Positions 1-10,283 of a DNA stretch of 64,000 bases are shown here, in pieces. The position numbers and the translations under genes were made by a program. The stretch is taken from positions 248,001-312,000 of the forward strand of contig OW569358.1 of the NCBI GenBank assembly GCA_937625935.1, written 5' to 3'. The notes below the pieces were generated by a model that worked only from the letters and a program-made list of their open reading frames with translations, had not been told where the DNA came from and did not search any database. Position 1 is the first letter of the stretch. The number at the start of each line of letters is the position of its first letter. The stretch comes from Tetramitus jugosus. Its lineage: Eukaryota > Protista > Heterolobosea.

Positions 1-5
1 CATGG

Positions 6-430
6 GTGAGAGCCATGTATCCTAACCAACTAGACTATATGGGACATACAAGTTGTGCCCAAACCCGATATTTTGGCCTTAGTTCAAGCTCCGAAAAATT
101 ATGTCCTTGTCGTTTTCTTCATCCACGACTTTTCGAGGCCATTTTTGTTGTTGTTTGGATCCTCATGGCAGAGATGGACAGGAGAAAGGGTGAAATTGTG
201 ACACCAGTTTTTAGTTATTACCAAGGTCGAGTCTTGCTTGACCCTATAGTCTATGGATGAGTTACAGAGGTCACTTGACACAGAGTCCTGTGATGTCTGC
301 CTCACGATTGCCAGAGACAGAACTGCTGAGAAACAACTGGGAGGTCATTCGTGATGAAGCTTTCCACCTGTACAGCAATGGACTGACAACCACAATCGGA
401 CATGTGCCATCTTTACACACGGGCCACGTG
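6..430 (+). pseudogene. Possible fragment of an aspartyl/asparaginyl beta-hydroxylase (LpxO-like) gene, split across two frames
   Basis: A hydrophobic stretch in ORF 6..260 continues in the next frame as LPETELLRNNWEVIRDEAFHL, resembling the LxxNWxxIRDEA start of Asp/Asn beta-hydroxylase domains. No catalytic HxD..H region follows. Confidence 0.3.
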
Positions 431-547
431 TTCACAATCCCCAACAGCGAGTTATTCTGTTTGAATCACTCACTAACTTTGTGTCTTCTGAAAAAACATC
501 TCATTTTAATTTTTAACTCACACTCACTCAGCCATTTTATTACTACC

Positions 548-1803
548 ATGAGGCGTAAATTCAATATCCTGCTGTTTGCAGTCTTAATTTTCTGCGCAAT
601 TGCTCTGGCCAAAAAATCGTCTGTCGAACTTACCAACAACAGGTCAGCAAAAGCAATGGCCAATCCATTTTCTGATTCTCTGTTCACAAGTCTGCTGCTG
701 AATGACACATCACACACCAACTTGTTCATTTCGGGTGTGTCTGTCTTTGTTGCATTGCTGATGGCTGCAAACGGTGCCCAAGGCAATACTCTGAGTGAAA
801 TGGTGGCTGTTTTATCCGGAAACACAGTCGGTCAGCAGCAGCAGCAGCACTCATCTCTACAAGAATTGAACGAGTGGTACCTGAAGACAATGGTTGTGGA
901 TGGAGCTCTATCAAAGAACAATGTCGAATTGGCCAATGGTGTCTTCATTCAGGAGGGAATGAATTTGGAGCCGTCCTATGTGGATTGCTTGATGAAGGCT
1001 GAAGGTTCATTTGCAACCACGTGTCAATCACTAGACTTTAGCAATCCAGAGAGTGTGCAAGTGGTGAACAAGTGGGTTCAAGAGGCAACACACGACAAGA
1101 TTCAAAATATCTTACGTGCTCCCTTGTTTTCTGATGATTTGACTCGGATGGTGCTCGTCAATGCCATCTATTTCAAGAAGAGTTGGAAGCATCAGTTTGA
1201 CAAGAATCTCACCAAGCCAGACTTGTTCTTCAAGACGGCACAGCACTCTGTTAATGTACCAATGATGAAAATGAAACAAAAGGAGTTTCAATATGGTGAG
1301 GACTCATTCGCAAAATGGGTGCACCTGCCATATCAGGGAGACGAATGTGAAATGATTGTTGTTCTGCCTTTGAAATCATTTGCACTTCAATCAGTCAAGG
1401 ACAATCTGCAATCTATTGACTTTAATGGCTCAACAAGGAAAGAGATTAGCATTTTAGCGTTGCCAAAGTTTAAAGTGGAGTCGGACCTTTCTATGAAGGA
1501 GACCCTGATTCAGATGGGTATGGTTTCTCCTTTCGATGATTGTGCAGACTTTGGTGCCATTTGCCGGTCAACCAACTTGCATATTGACCAGGTCATTCAT
1601 AAGACATTTGTGGTAGTAGATGAAGAAGGGACTGAAGCTGCTGCAGCCACAGTTGTCAGGTTCGAAACCAGGGGGCGGTCTCTAAATCATTGGAGTTTAT
1701 TGTGAACGAGCCATTCTTGTTCTTCATTCGGCACATTCCCTCTGGTGTTGTTGTGTTCCAAGGACAGATATCTGAGCCAAAAGGTCCAGAGTCAAAATTG
1801 TAA
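548..1803 (+). CDS. Serpin (serine protease inhibitor), with an apparent 1-nt frameshift in the reactive-centre loop
   Basis: Signal peptide MRRKFNILLFAVLIFCAIALA (ATG 548); motifs GAQGNT, NKWVQEAT, LVNAIYFK, LPKFKVE; hinge DEEGTEAAAAT. The C-terminal sheet LEFIVNEPFLFFIRHIPSGVVVFQGQISEP lies in another frame ending at TAA 1801-1803; the shift maps to G5 at 1671-1675. Confidence 0.85.
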
Positions 1804-2382
1804 ACATGAATTTCTCGAAGAATTATGTTGTTGTTGTTGATGATGCATACGAGAAAAGAAGTGAGTCATATCGTTACTCATCTGTTGCAATAAATGAGTC
1901 CAGGAGGTCATGAAAAGAGCTACTGATTAGGTGATTGATAGCTCTAAATGATGAAGCATATTTATTGTTCAGAGTATCAGATGTGAACAGCGAGCAACAG
2001 CTTTGTCCGCTTAACTCAAGGCAAAAACTTGTTGACCAATCGAAAATAGGAATGAACTCAAAAAATAAATTTTACTCTTGTTACAGGACCGTGAAATGAT
2101 TTCCTTTATAGATAGCTTGTCCCCCTTTTTCTTATCAATTTTCAGTGTGGGCAATAGCCTAGAGAGTAAGGAGGTTGGAGGTTCAACGAAGCAGGTTGGT
2201 CGATTCGCACCCTCACAAACCAACACCAAGAGGAGATGATATTGTTTCATTACCGCAACAACACGCTTGGAAATGGATGATTCTTGCACAACTCTGACAC
2301 AGATTGGTACTGAGCGTAAGTTTGGCTTCCTGAATCAACAAAAAAGAAAGGTCGTTGTCTCTTAAGGTGTTTTATTCGATTT

Positions 2383-5304
2383 TTACATTCTTTCGACTGT
2401 TGTTATGCCCAACAAGTCCAATCCTGCTCGCAAGACGAGACCTGCAGAGTTAATCAAGTTCAAACGAGCTGCCTTTGTTGGCATATCCTCGGTTGCCTTG
2501 ACACTGACACGTTCATAGAGCTTGTTCAATTGTTTAGCCAAATTGAACAAGTAGACACACAATTGTTGAGGCTTGTAGTCCTTTGCAGCCTTTGCGGCCA
2601 CCTGATCAAACATGTTGAGCATGGACAACAGCTTTCTTTCGGCAGAGTCAGTCAAGAGACTGTAATCAGCCACACTCTTTTCATCTTCCGAAAGCACAAC
2701 AGTTCTGAGGATAGAACGAGTACGTGCGTAGGCATACATCAAGTAAACACCAGTGTTGCCAGTCTTCTCAGTCCAATTGGCCATGTCGAAAACAATGTCC
2801 TTGTTGTTGTCTTGATTCAACATACCGTACTTGATTGTGCTGACTGCAAGTTTACGGGTTGTTGACTCAATTTCTTCATCGGACCACACACCACGGAACT
2901 TGTCCATAAACTCAGTAGAGATCTTGTTGGTCAACTCTGACTTGAGCTTGGAGAAGAAGATGATTGTTCCCTTACGAGAGCTCATCTTTCCTTCTGGCAA
3001 GACAACCAATCCATAAGCCAAATGGAAGCATTTCTTTGCTTGTTCAAATCCGAGCAATTCGAGAGTCTTGAACACTTGTTGGAAGTGCAAAGATTGGCCA
3101 ACATCCACAACATAAATCGATCTGTCCACATTGAACTCTTCAAATTTGCGCTTGGCGAGTGACAAATCCTTGGTTGCATAGAGACCAGTGCCAGCAGAAG
3201 TCAAAAGCATACAGTAACCCAACTTGAACTTGCTCAAATCAGCACCAATTGTGCCATTGGACTTGATCAGAATACCCTTTTCATATGCCTCCAAAGTCAT
3301 CTTCTTGCTCTCTTCACCAACATCAGACTCGTGGAAAAAGTGATCAAATCGGCAATCAGTCCACTGATAGATGGATTTAAAGTCTTCGATACTCCACTCA
3401 CGAGTAATCTGCCACAACAAGTCAATATTGTGTTGACGGTCCTCCATGGCTCTCAACACTGATTTTACTTCAGCGTTTCTTCTGTTGATTTCTGACAAAA
3501 GTTCAACATTATCAGGAATGCCGGCATCCTGTACTCTGCCCAACTCTGTCACTGCGATACCGACAGTTGTTTCCTCTGCAAAAATGAAAATTTCCTCCTT
3601 GCTTGGTTCCTTGACTTCGTTCTTTGCGCTTGTTTCTCTGTCCTTTTGTGCATTTCGTTCGGATCTCAATCCAAATTCCTTCTCGGACAAAATGAGACCA
3701 TGAGAGACAACTCCCTTCATGTCCTGTGGTTGAATCAATCTTCCACCCTTCTTGACACCAACAGGTGCATAGGCTACAATGTCATTCAATCGATAATTGA
3801 TTCCACCGCAAACAACAGTGAATGGACCATTGCTATCACTTGTTTGAATGCTCAAGACTTTCCACTTTGGATTGGCAGGGTGTTCCTCAATGGCAACAAT
3901 CTTTGCAGTGACGATACCAGGGTGTGGATATATGGTCCATTGATTCAAGTCCAATTGATTGAATCCGTTCTGATACATGTCACCCAACCATTCAACCTTT
4001 GAAATGTTCTTTGGTCTGTCATTCTCCAGAGTTTCAATCAACTCCTCGCGACTCCACACCTTGTCCTGTTCAAACTGTTCAATCGTAGTCTTCTTCACAG
4101 TGTACAAATAGTACCAGAGACACTTGGCAATGTGAGCACCGACATCACCAATGTAATTGACAGCATAGACCTTGTGGCCTTGGAATTCCCACAATTTGAC
4201 CAATGAATTACCGAGTGCAGCATTTCTCATGTGACCCACGTGGAAAGTCTTGTGAGTGTTTGGTTGAGAGTACTCAATCATGACTGTTTCACGCTCGGCA
4301 TCACTCAATACTCTCTTGCTCAAAAAAGTGGATGATTCATTGTTGGTGTGGCTATTGCTATTCGTGTCATCAGCCTTGAGAATATCAGGCACAATCAGTG
4401 CCAAATGAGAGCTCTTGAGATAAAAATTGATATATGGACCAGATTCCTTCACTCTCTCTAGAATGGTATTGTTTGCATCACTGGAGCACAATTCATTCAC
4501 AATGTTGACAATGTCCTTGGCCAATGCAATGGTAAATGCTTGTTGTTGTTTCTTGTCTTTGCACAGTCTCTGAGCGAGAACAAAGGCAGGGAAGGCAAGG
4601 TCATGATCCATATCAAAATCTCTTGGTTCTTCAAAGTTCTTTGACTTGAAAATGTTGCGCTGTGGGCCCAACCAATCAGGACTGGAGGCAATCTCAGGGT
4701 ACAGTCGTTGACAAGCAGTGTCAATCATGTCAAACAGGTAATCCTTTGTATGTTGATGATCCATGATGTGATGATTATTGTTGTTGTTGTTAATTATGGT
4801 GGTGGTTGTTGTTGTTGTTGAGTGGTAGGATTGTTGATTTGATTTTTTGTGCGGTGGTTTTGTATTGTTGTTGAGGTTCAAAATGTGGGCGCTGGTGCGC
4901 CAAGTTGTTTTTTGGAGAGCTACGGGCGGAGTAATGACATTGTGTGAAATGGGCAGGCGGGAATATTCACGACAAAGATTTGTTTGTGGGTACGCGGTTG
5001 TTGTCGTTGGTGACCACGAAGAGAGGGTGTGCGTGAACGATTGACGACGACGAGAAGGGGAGATGCATGCACCACTACCTCCAATAGGGCTGCTGTTTTT
5101 TGATCGATCCATCACTGCCGTGTGCATATTATGTTTACATGATGCAGCATTGTCACTGTTGTTGTCTCCTGTAGGTGAGATGATGCTCCCGTGGGTGTTC
5201 CACAAGTGGTTGTGTTGCGCCGGTCGCAAATGGAATGGATGTTGAATGTGATGATGATGATGACGGCGAGATGATTGTAATACTCGTTGATATCTGCCCA
5301 ACAT
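2383..5304 (-). CDS. RARS: Arginyl-tRNA synthetase with inserted OB-fold tRNA-binding domain and long N-terminal extension
   Basis: IEYSQPNTHKTFHVGHMRN (HIGH), NYIGDVG, GLYATKDL, KMSSRKG (KMSKS), GNTGVYLMYAYAR, C-terminal LGITTVERM. First ATG 5304; second in-frame ATG 4764. Confidence 0.95.
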   Translation of the reverse strand: MLGRYQRVLQSSRRHHHHHIQHPFHLRPAQHNHLWNTHGSIISPTGDNNSDNAASCKHNMHTAVMDRSKNSSPIGGSGACISPSRRRQSFTHTLSSWSPTTTTAYPQTNLCREYSRLPISHNVITPPVALQKTTWRTSAHILNLNNNTKPPHKKSNQQSYHSTTTTTTTIINNNNNNHHIMDHQHTKDYLFDMIDTACQRLYPEIASSPDWLGPQRNIFKSKNFEEPRDFDMDHDLAFPAFVLAQRLCKDKKQQQAFTIALAKDIVNIVNELCSSDANNTILERVKESGPYINFYLKSSHLALIVPDILKADDTNSNSHTNNESSTFLSKRVLSDAERETVMIEYSQPNTHKTFHVGHMRNAALGNSLVKLWEFQGHKVYAVNYIGDVGAHIAKCLWYYLYTVKKTTIEQFEQDKVWSREELIETLENDRPKNISKVEWLGDMYQNGFNQLDLNQWTIYPHPGIVTAKIVAIEEHPANPKWKVLSIQTSDSNGPFTVVCGGINYRLNDIVAYAPVGVKKGGRLIQPQDMKGVVSHGLILSEKEFGLRSERNAQKDRETSAKNEVKEPSKEEIFIFAEETTVGIAVTELGRVQDAGIPDNVELLSEINRRNAEVKSVLRAMEDRQHNIDLLWQITREWSIEDFKSIYQWTDCRFDHFFHESDVGEESKKMTLEAYEKGILIKSNGTIGADLSKFKLGYCMLLTSAGTGLYATKDLSLAKRKFEEFNVDRSIYVVDVGQSLHFQQVFKTLELLGFEQAKKCFHLAYGLVVLPEGKMSSRKGTIIFFSKLKSELTNKISTEFMDKFRGVWSDEEIESTTRKLAVSTIKYGMLNQDNNKDIVFDMANWTEKTGNTGVYLMYAYARTRSILRTVVLSEDEKSVADYSLLTDSAERKLLSMLNMFDQVAAKAAKDYKPQQLCVYLFNLAKQLNKLYERVSVKATEDMPTKAARLNLINSAGLVLRAGLDLLGITTVERM

Positions 5305-5547
5305 GATCGTCGTAGTTCCCGTCAAAAGAATGTGATCGCCAGATTGTTCGTTGTGAATGCGTGTGTGTGCGTGCGTTTGTTGCTCTCGTATTCTTTCAAA
5401 TTCAATGCCTTTGGAGAGAATTCTGTCCTTTGTTTCTTCTGAGAGAAGGAGATGGCAGATGATTTCAAGTGGGTGGTATTTTTTTATTTCGTGTTGTATT
5501 GATTCAAAAGCGATGTGTGTGTTACTGTGTGGTGCCTTGTTGTTTGT

Positions 5548-7467
5548 TTACTTCTTCTTCTTCATCTGTTTGCTCAATATTTTGGATTCAATCACAGTTG
5601 TCCACAGAGTGGCTGTCTCGGATGAAAATCCTTCGGCCAACAAGTGGGTCTTCACCTTCATCAGCTTCTCCTTGAGTGGCAATCCCGTTGGTCCACTGAA
5701 CAAATCATCACCAAACTTGGATCTCAAGAGATTGTGAGCATCCTCGGCACTACGGATAGCCTTTGCATTCTCCTCTTCAATTTCTCTGTTCTTAATGTCT
5801 TCCTTTGACTCTGCAACAGGTACGGTTGCTGATTCGTCAAACTCTTCTTGATTAGGCATGAATTGAGAAAGGAATTGATTGAATTCAGCTTGAACCTTAC
5901 CATCTTGGCTCATGGCTTGTGCAATCATGGACAAAGTGGTCTCACTCGAGTGACCAGTTCCAGATAAGCTTTGTGTTGTAGCATCGGCAATCACCTTGGC
6001 CAATGAAGGATAGGATTCGAGCCATGCATCATAGAAGCCTGCTCTCTTACCCTCCTTTGGAAAGTCGTAGCTATTGAGCACATTGTCCAGGTATTCCTTG
6101 TCCATTCTGGCAGATGGATTTCTTCTGATTCTCTCCATCTCTTGATGCCTCTTCAAATCAGCAGCCAATTTCTGTGCTTCTTCACTGCTGGATGCGCGGG
6201 AAGAACTGTCATAGGCTTCACTGGCGGCAGCACCCTTCTTGCCCTTCTTTTGAGAGGTGGAAGCAGAAGCAGATGCGCTCATCTCTTCATCGTACTGCAT
6301 GTCTTGAACATCTTGAATCAACTCATCCAGATCGATGCCTTCTTCTTGAGACAACTCCTTGAGCATTTCCATGTCTTCTGGATCGTGGAGATCGATCGTG
6401 GTCAACTCAGCCTCATCAAAGTCTTCTTCACTGTCGTGCAAATCAGCCTCAGCCTCAAACATCTCCTTTCTCATCATGACATCATCTCTCAACACGTTGC
6501 TATAAGGGTACAAAATGTCTCTAATAAACTTGTTGTCAAAGAGGAGAGAGTTGACAGTGGAGAAGGAACTTGGAACTGGATTGGCACTTGTTCCGTACTG
6601 TTCAGTCAGATTGACAGCAGTCGTAGTAGCAGAAGAGTCACTCTCACCACGTCCCAAATTTCCAATTCTAAACAATTGCTTCTTGGTCTCCATCTTCTCA
6701 GATATTTTCTCTTCTTCGAGTCGCAACTGGTGTTGATGCTGGTGCACTCTCATGGCATGGAGAGCCACTTCATCATTGACACCAACCTTGTCTGGTCCAA
6801 AGAGTGAGTGATTGATGAGCACTCGTGCAGGGTTCAACTCACGTTCAATGTGTCTCTCCAAATTCTCTGGTGTAATAAAGTATTGACTCTCTGAGGAGAG
6901 TTGAGCAATTGCGGATTGCATCTGAGCGTGTCTCGATGCCTCCATGTTCAATCTTCTCTGATATTTTTCACGGAAGAATCTCTCACGTTCCTCATCCAGA
7001 ATATCTGTCACTTCTTGATGACGATAAATGTTTCTCAGTGTAATCTCACGCTTCAGTTGTCTGTACTGTAGAACCTTTTGTCTAAAGAGATTGAATCGCT
7101 TGACTGATTGTGCGTCACTCTTGGCCTTCTTTTCAAAATATTCAATCTTGTACTGCTGTCTCAATTTTTTCATTTGGAGTTCATGAGCCATTTGATGAAG
7201 AATTTTGGTGTCTGTGTTGTTCATTCCATAGTGTTGATGGCGATAGGATGGTTGTGCACTCATTGATGACAGCACATCACCATTGTTCGATAATTGTTCC
7301 TTCTGATTCTTCTTTATTGTGAAGTGGACCTTGTTGGTCGATCGGGCAATGGCCACCTTTTGTTTTCTGGTGCCAGTGTGTTTGGGTGAGGCAGCCTTGG
7401 CATAAGATCGAACATTGACTCTCATACTCACCATGGTGGTGGCGGCAACTTTGTTTACGCGAAGCAT
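5548..7467 (-). CDS. Mitochondrial protein, probable mitoribosomal mS26-like subunit with long acidic C-terminal extension
   Basis: Basic presequence-like start MLRVNKVAATT..VRSY; long charged helix ending in LSSESQYFITPENLERHIERELN, resembling the FITxENLE motif of MRPS26. Confidence 0.55.
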   Translation of the reverse strand: MLRVNKVAATTMVSMRVNVRSYAKAASPKHTGTRKQKVAIARSTNKVHFTIKKNQKEQLSNNGDVLSSMSAQPSYRHQHYGMNNTDTKILHQMAHELQMKKLRQQYKIEYFEKKAKSDAQSVKRFNLFRQKVLQYRQLKREITLRNIYRHQEVTDILDEERERFFREKYQRRLNMEASRHAQMQSAIAQLSSESQYFITPENLERHIERELNPARVLINHSLFGPDKVGVNDEVALHAMRVHQHQHQLRLEEEKISEKMETKKQLFRIGNLGRGESDSSATTTAVNLTEQYGTSANPVPSSFSTVNSLLFDNKFIRDILYPYSNVLRDDVMMRKEMFEAEADLHDSEEDFDEAELTTIDLHDPEDMEMLKELSQEEGIDLDELIQDVQDMQYDEEMSASASASTSQKKGKKGAAASEAYDSSSRASSSEEAQKLAADLKRHQEMERIRRNPSARMDKEYLDNVLNSYDFPKEGKRAGFYDAWLESYPSLAKVIADATTQSLSGTGHSSETTLSMIAQAMSQDGKVQAEFNQFLSQFMPNQEEFDESATVPVAESKEDIKNREIEEENAKAIRSAEDAHNLLRSKFGDDLFSGPTGLPLKEKLMKVKTHLLAEGFSSETATLWTTVIESKILSKQMKKKK

Positions 7468-7677
7468 TTTTCGTTTGATAATGTTTGAATGTGAAAAAAA
7501 AATGGTTTGCGTTTTCGAGATGACCAATTGGCGTTCACAAACTTTTTTTTTGTTGGTGTTATCAATTTTTGCGCTCCGATAAATAATTCGGTGGGAGGAG
7601 AAACTCCATTTCATTGAAGGTTCAAAGTCAACTCGTTTTTTAATGGTGCTAGAGCTTCTTTTTAAGAACTTGGACGA

Positions 7678-8064
7678 TCAGTGAGATCGTGCCGGACTGT
7701 GACTTCTTTCATTGCTATATACATAGTCGGGTTTCACTATACCCATTTCTATAAAGCCACAGAGGTGAACATAGCTCTTTGGATAGGAAGTCCCAAACGA
7801 ATTCCTCACTTGGTGCAGAATTACCTTCTCGAGAGTGGGGATTTGCTTTGCGGGAGTTTCTTTCTTGTATCTACTCTGAATTTGCTGCAACCTTTTTCTG
7901 GCCTGTCGATTTTCGTACGAGTACATGTTGGGTATTGTTTTATCTCTGGAGAAGTTGGATTCTCTCAGGGAGTTCTTGTTGAGAGACGAGGGACGACTAT
8001 TTCTCTCATTCTTCTCATTTGATTTCAATGCAGGTAGTTTCAAAGACTTGTTTGTCTGAGACAT
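7678..8064 (-). CDS. Small basic hypothetical protein
   Basis: Open 128-codon frame from ATG 8064 that fills the gap between neighbours; no recognisable motif. Confidence 0.45.
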   Translation of the reverse strand: MSQTNKSLKLPALKSNEKNERNSRPSSLNKNSLRESNFSRDKTIPNMYSYENRQARKRLQQIQSRYKKETPAKQIPTLEKVILHQVRNSFGTSYPKSYVHLCGFIEMGIVKPDYVYSNERSHSPARSH

Positions 8065-8154
8065 ATCATTATTTGAATTCAATTTTGGACGTTCTAAAAC
8101 CGTTTTGTTCCTTACGAATTTTTATTGGGGAAGTTCAGTTTTCGCGACTGGGAA

Positions 8155-8592
8155 TCACAGAGCTGCAATTTTTCATTTCATAGTGTTAGGAGAGATCATT
8201 AGGTCTTTCATTCAATGAACAAAAAACAAACCTTTGAAAACTAGGATTGCTAAGTTGTTAAAGTACATGTACAATAAATTTTTCACCTCATAATTCACAC
8301 AAAATCCAAATCCTTCTCCTATTATACAATGCCAAGATTTTCCATACTTTCTGTCCATTGAGGTTTTTACTGCTTTTGCGGCATTCTAACAACCAAGTGA
8401 GTCAGCATCATAAATGATGGTTCGTCCGAATAGCGATCTTACCTCATAGTTTTGTGGATGCTTTTCAAGGGATGTCTCGATAGCAGTAGATACAGTTTCA
8501 ACTGAATCAGTTCTCATCTCTTCAGGCATATCCGAATATTTCACAAGAGGGATATTCATCCCTGAAGTTATTGAGGGAGAATCACCGTCCAT
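8155..8592 (-). CDS. DNAL4: Axonemal dynein light chain 4 (LC8 family), 2 introns (8386-8442, probable 8163-8231)
   Basis: PLVKYSDMPEEMR..EKHPQNYE|NAAKAVKTSMDRKYGKSWHCIIGEGFGFCVNYEVKNLLYMYF; GTAAG..TAG intron; second GTTTGT..CTAAC..CAG intron gives ..VFKAL*. Confidence 0.85.
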
Positions 8593-8700
8593 TCTGTCGT
8601 TGTTTGAGAAAGTTAGATTGAGCGACGAGTGAATGAAAAATTGTAGATTTATTTCGGCGCCTAGTTTTGGAGGGAGTAGGGGGAAACATGAGGGATCGAA

Positions 8701-10033
8701 TTAACAAAGTACCATGCATTCCTGAGAAACCACATGTTCAATAATGAATGCTGGTTCCTTCTTGGTGATGTTCTGTTTTCGAACTGGAGAATCTTGGGAT
8801 TTGTTATTATTATCGCTCATTTCTGTGTGGTGCTCTGTTTCCACAGATGGATTGATGACTTGCCAAATAAACTTGGAGTGTTTTCCTTTGATCTGATCAA
8901 TCTGAGACGATGAATAATTGGCAATTCCGATTGCAATCGTTTTCATTGTGCATCGACATTTGATTTCAATGACATCACCCTTGTTGAATCCTTGAGAGGC
9001 ATCCACAGGAGATACCGATGTAATACCACACGGCAGCAGTGCTTTGCCTTTGTTTGACAGTGCAGATACAGCTCCAGAGTCAATAAACACACATCCCTTG
9101 ACCGGTGCTTGCAATAGAGTCACCTTGTGTGAGGCGTCATTGTAGATACCACCACCGCCACCACCACTCGTATTATTACAGTTGTCTTGAGCTTCTCTCC
9201 TACATTCCAAAACTCTATCATACAGCTGGATCATGTAATCATCCAATCCGTTCATATTCTTCAGACTGTGATACAACCGATCCAGATAATCAAAGTTGCT
9301 ACCAGAATGGCCCACAGAGGTAGCAATGATGCGAGCAGTGTAGTCCAATGACCGTTCCTCACTTGTTAAGTGCTGTAATTGTAATTGTAATTGTTGTTGT
9401 GGTCGCTGATGATGCCTGCATGATTTGTTGACTGCTGCTGTTGATGTTGAAGTTGTTGTTGTTGGTCTTGTGCTGGTGGTGATGCCAGTAGCGGTAGTAG
9501 TCGTACCAACAGTGGGGTGACATGCATAGACAACAGCCCTCGCAGCACAAATCTCCACTCGCCTGGATATTGTGTTTGTGGTAGCCAGGTACACACTCTC
9601 CATGGCTTTCACATACGTCTTCTCCCGTTTGTCCAATCCGTTCAAAATCTCATCCACTTCGTCTTCCTTCACCAAGTAACATGTACCATGAACGATATCA
9701 TTGTCATCCCCCGTTTTTTCAATCAGTGCACACCTGCCTGGATAATTCTCTGTTCCTCTGTGATAGGTGTCCACTTGATGAAACCGTCTCCGATATCCTC
9801 TAATGAATCCATTGAACTTGTGCTCATACACGAATCCGCATCTCCATATTAAGCTTTATTATTATTATTATTGTGTGTGAATCAATGAATGAATGAAGAT
9901 GAGTGTGAGTCATGTATACAACGACAACAACAGTGAAAAGTGGAGAGAGAATAATCGAAAACAACAAAGTCTGTGTTTTTAGCATTTACCTTCCATAACC
10001 AAAGAGATAGGTACTGGGAACGTCTTGACACAT
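8701..10033 (-). CDS. ChaC-family glutathione gamma-glutamylcyclotransferase fused to a C-terminal glutamate-5-kinase-type PUA domain; intron 9854-9989
   Basis: Spliced start MCQDVPSTYLFGYGS|LIWRCGF; GYRRRFHQVDTYHRGTENYPGR, LDKREK, IIATSVGHSGSNFDYL; then GCVFIDSGAVSAL..GKALLPCGITSV..FNKGDVIEI..IAIGIANYSSSQIDQIKGKHS (ProB PUA pattern). Confidence 0.85.
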
Positions 10034-10283
10034 TGATTCTTACTTGTTGTTGATGTGTGTCTGTTGGTGGTTGTTGTTCGATGCATGGGTGCAACTTGCT
10101 CTCTAAAAATGCAGAGGTTGATGCGAGCCAACTCCTCAACCTGGAATCGAAGTGAAAATTTCTGGCAGATGCGCAGCCAGAGCTCTTCTTTTTTTGTACA
10201 ATGAGAACTCCGCATATAAAATTCCTTCTCCGCGACTCCGGCAAGGACTTGTCCTCCCAACAGTTAGTCGTTGTATTCAGCTA

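Noticed and set aside
257-547. N-terminal 97 aa of the 482-aa serpin ORF
   Set aside because: The serpin signal peptide begins at ATG 548; the upstream part is unrelated sequence that happens to be open.
2011-2289. 92-aa minus-strand ORF downstream of ArgRS
   Set aside because: GTG start, no motif, lies in a convergent spacer; unsupported.
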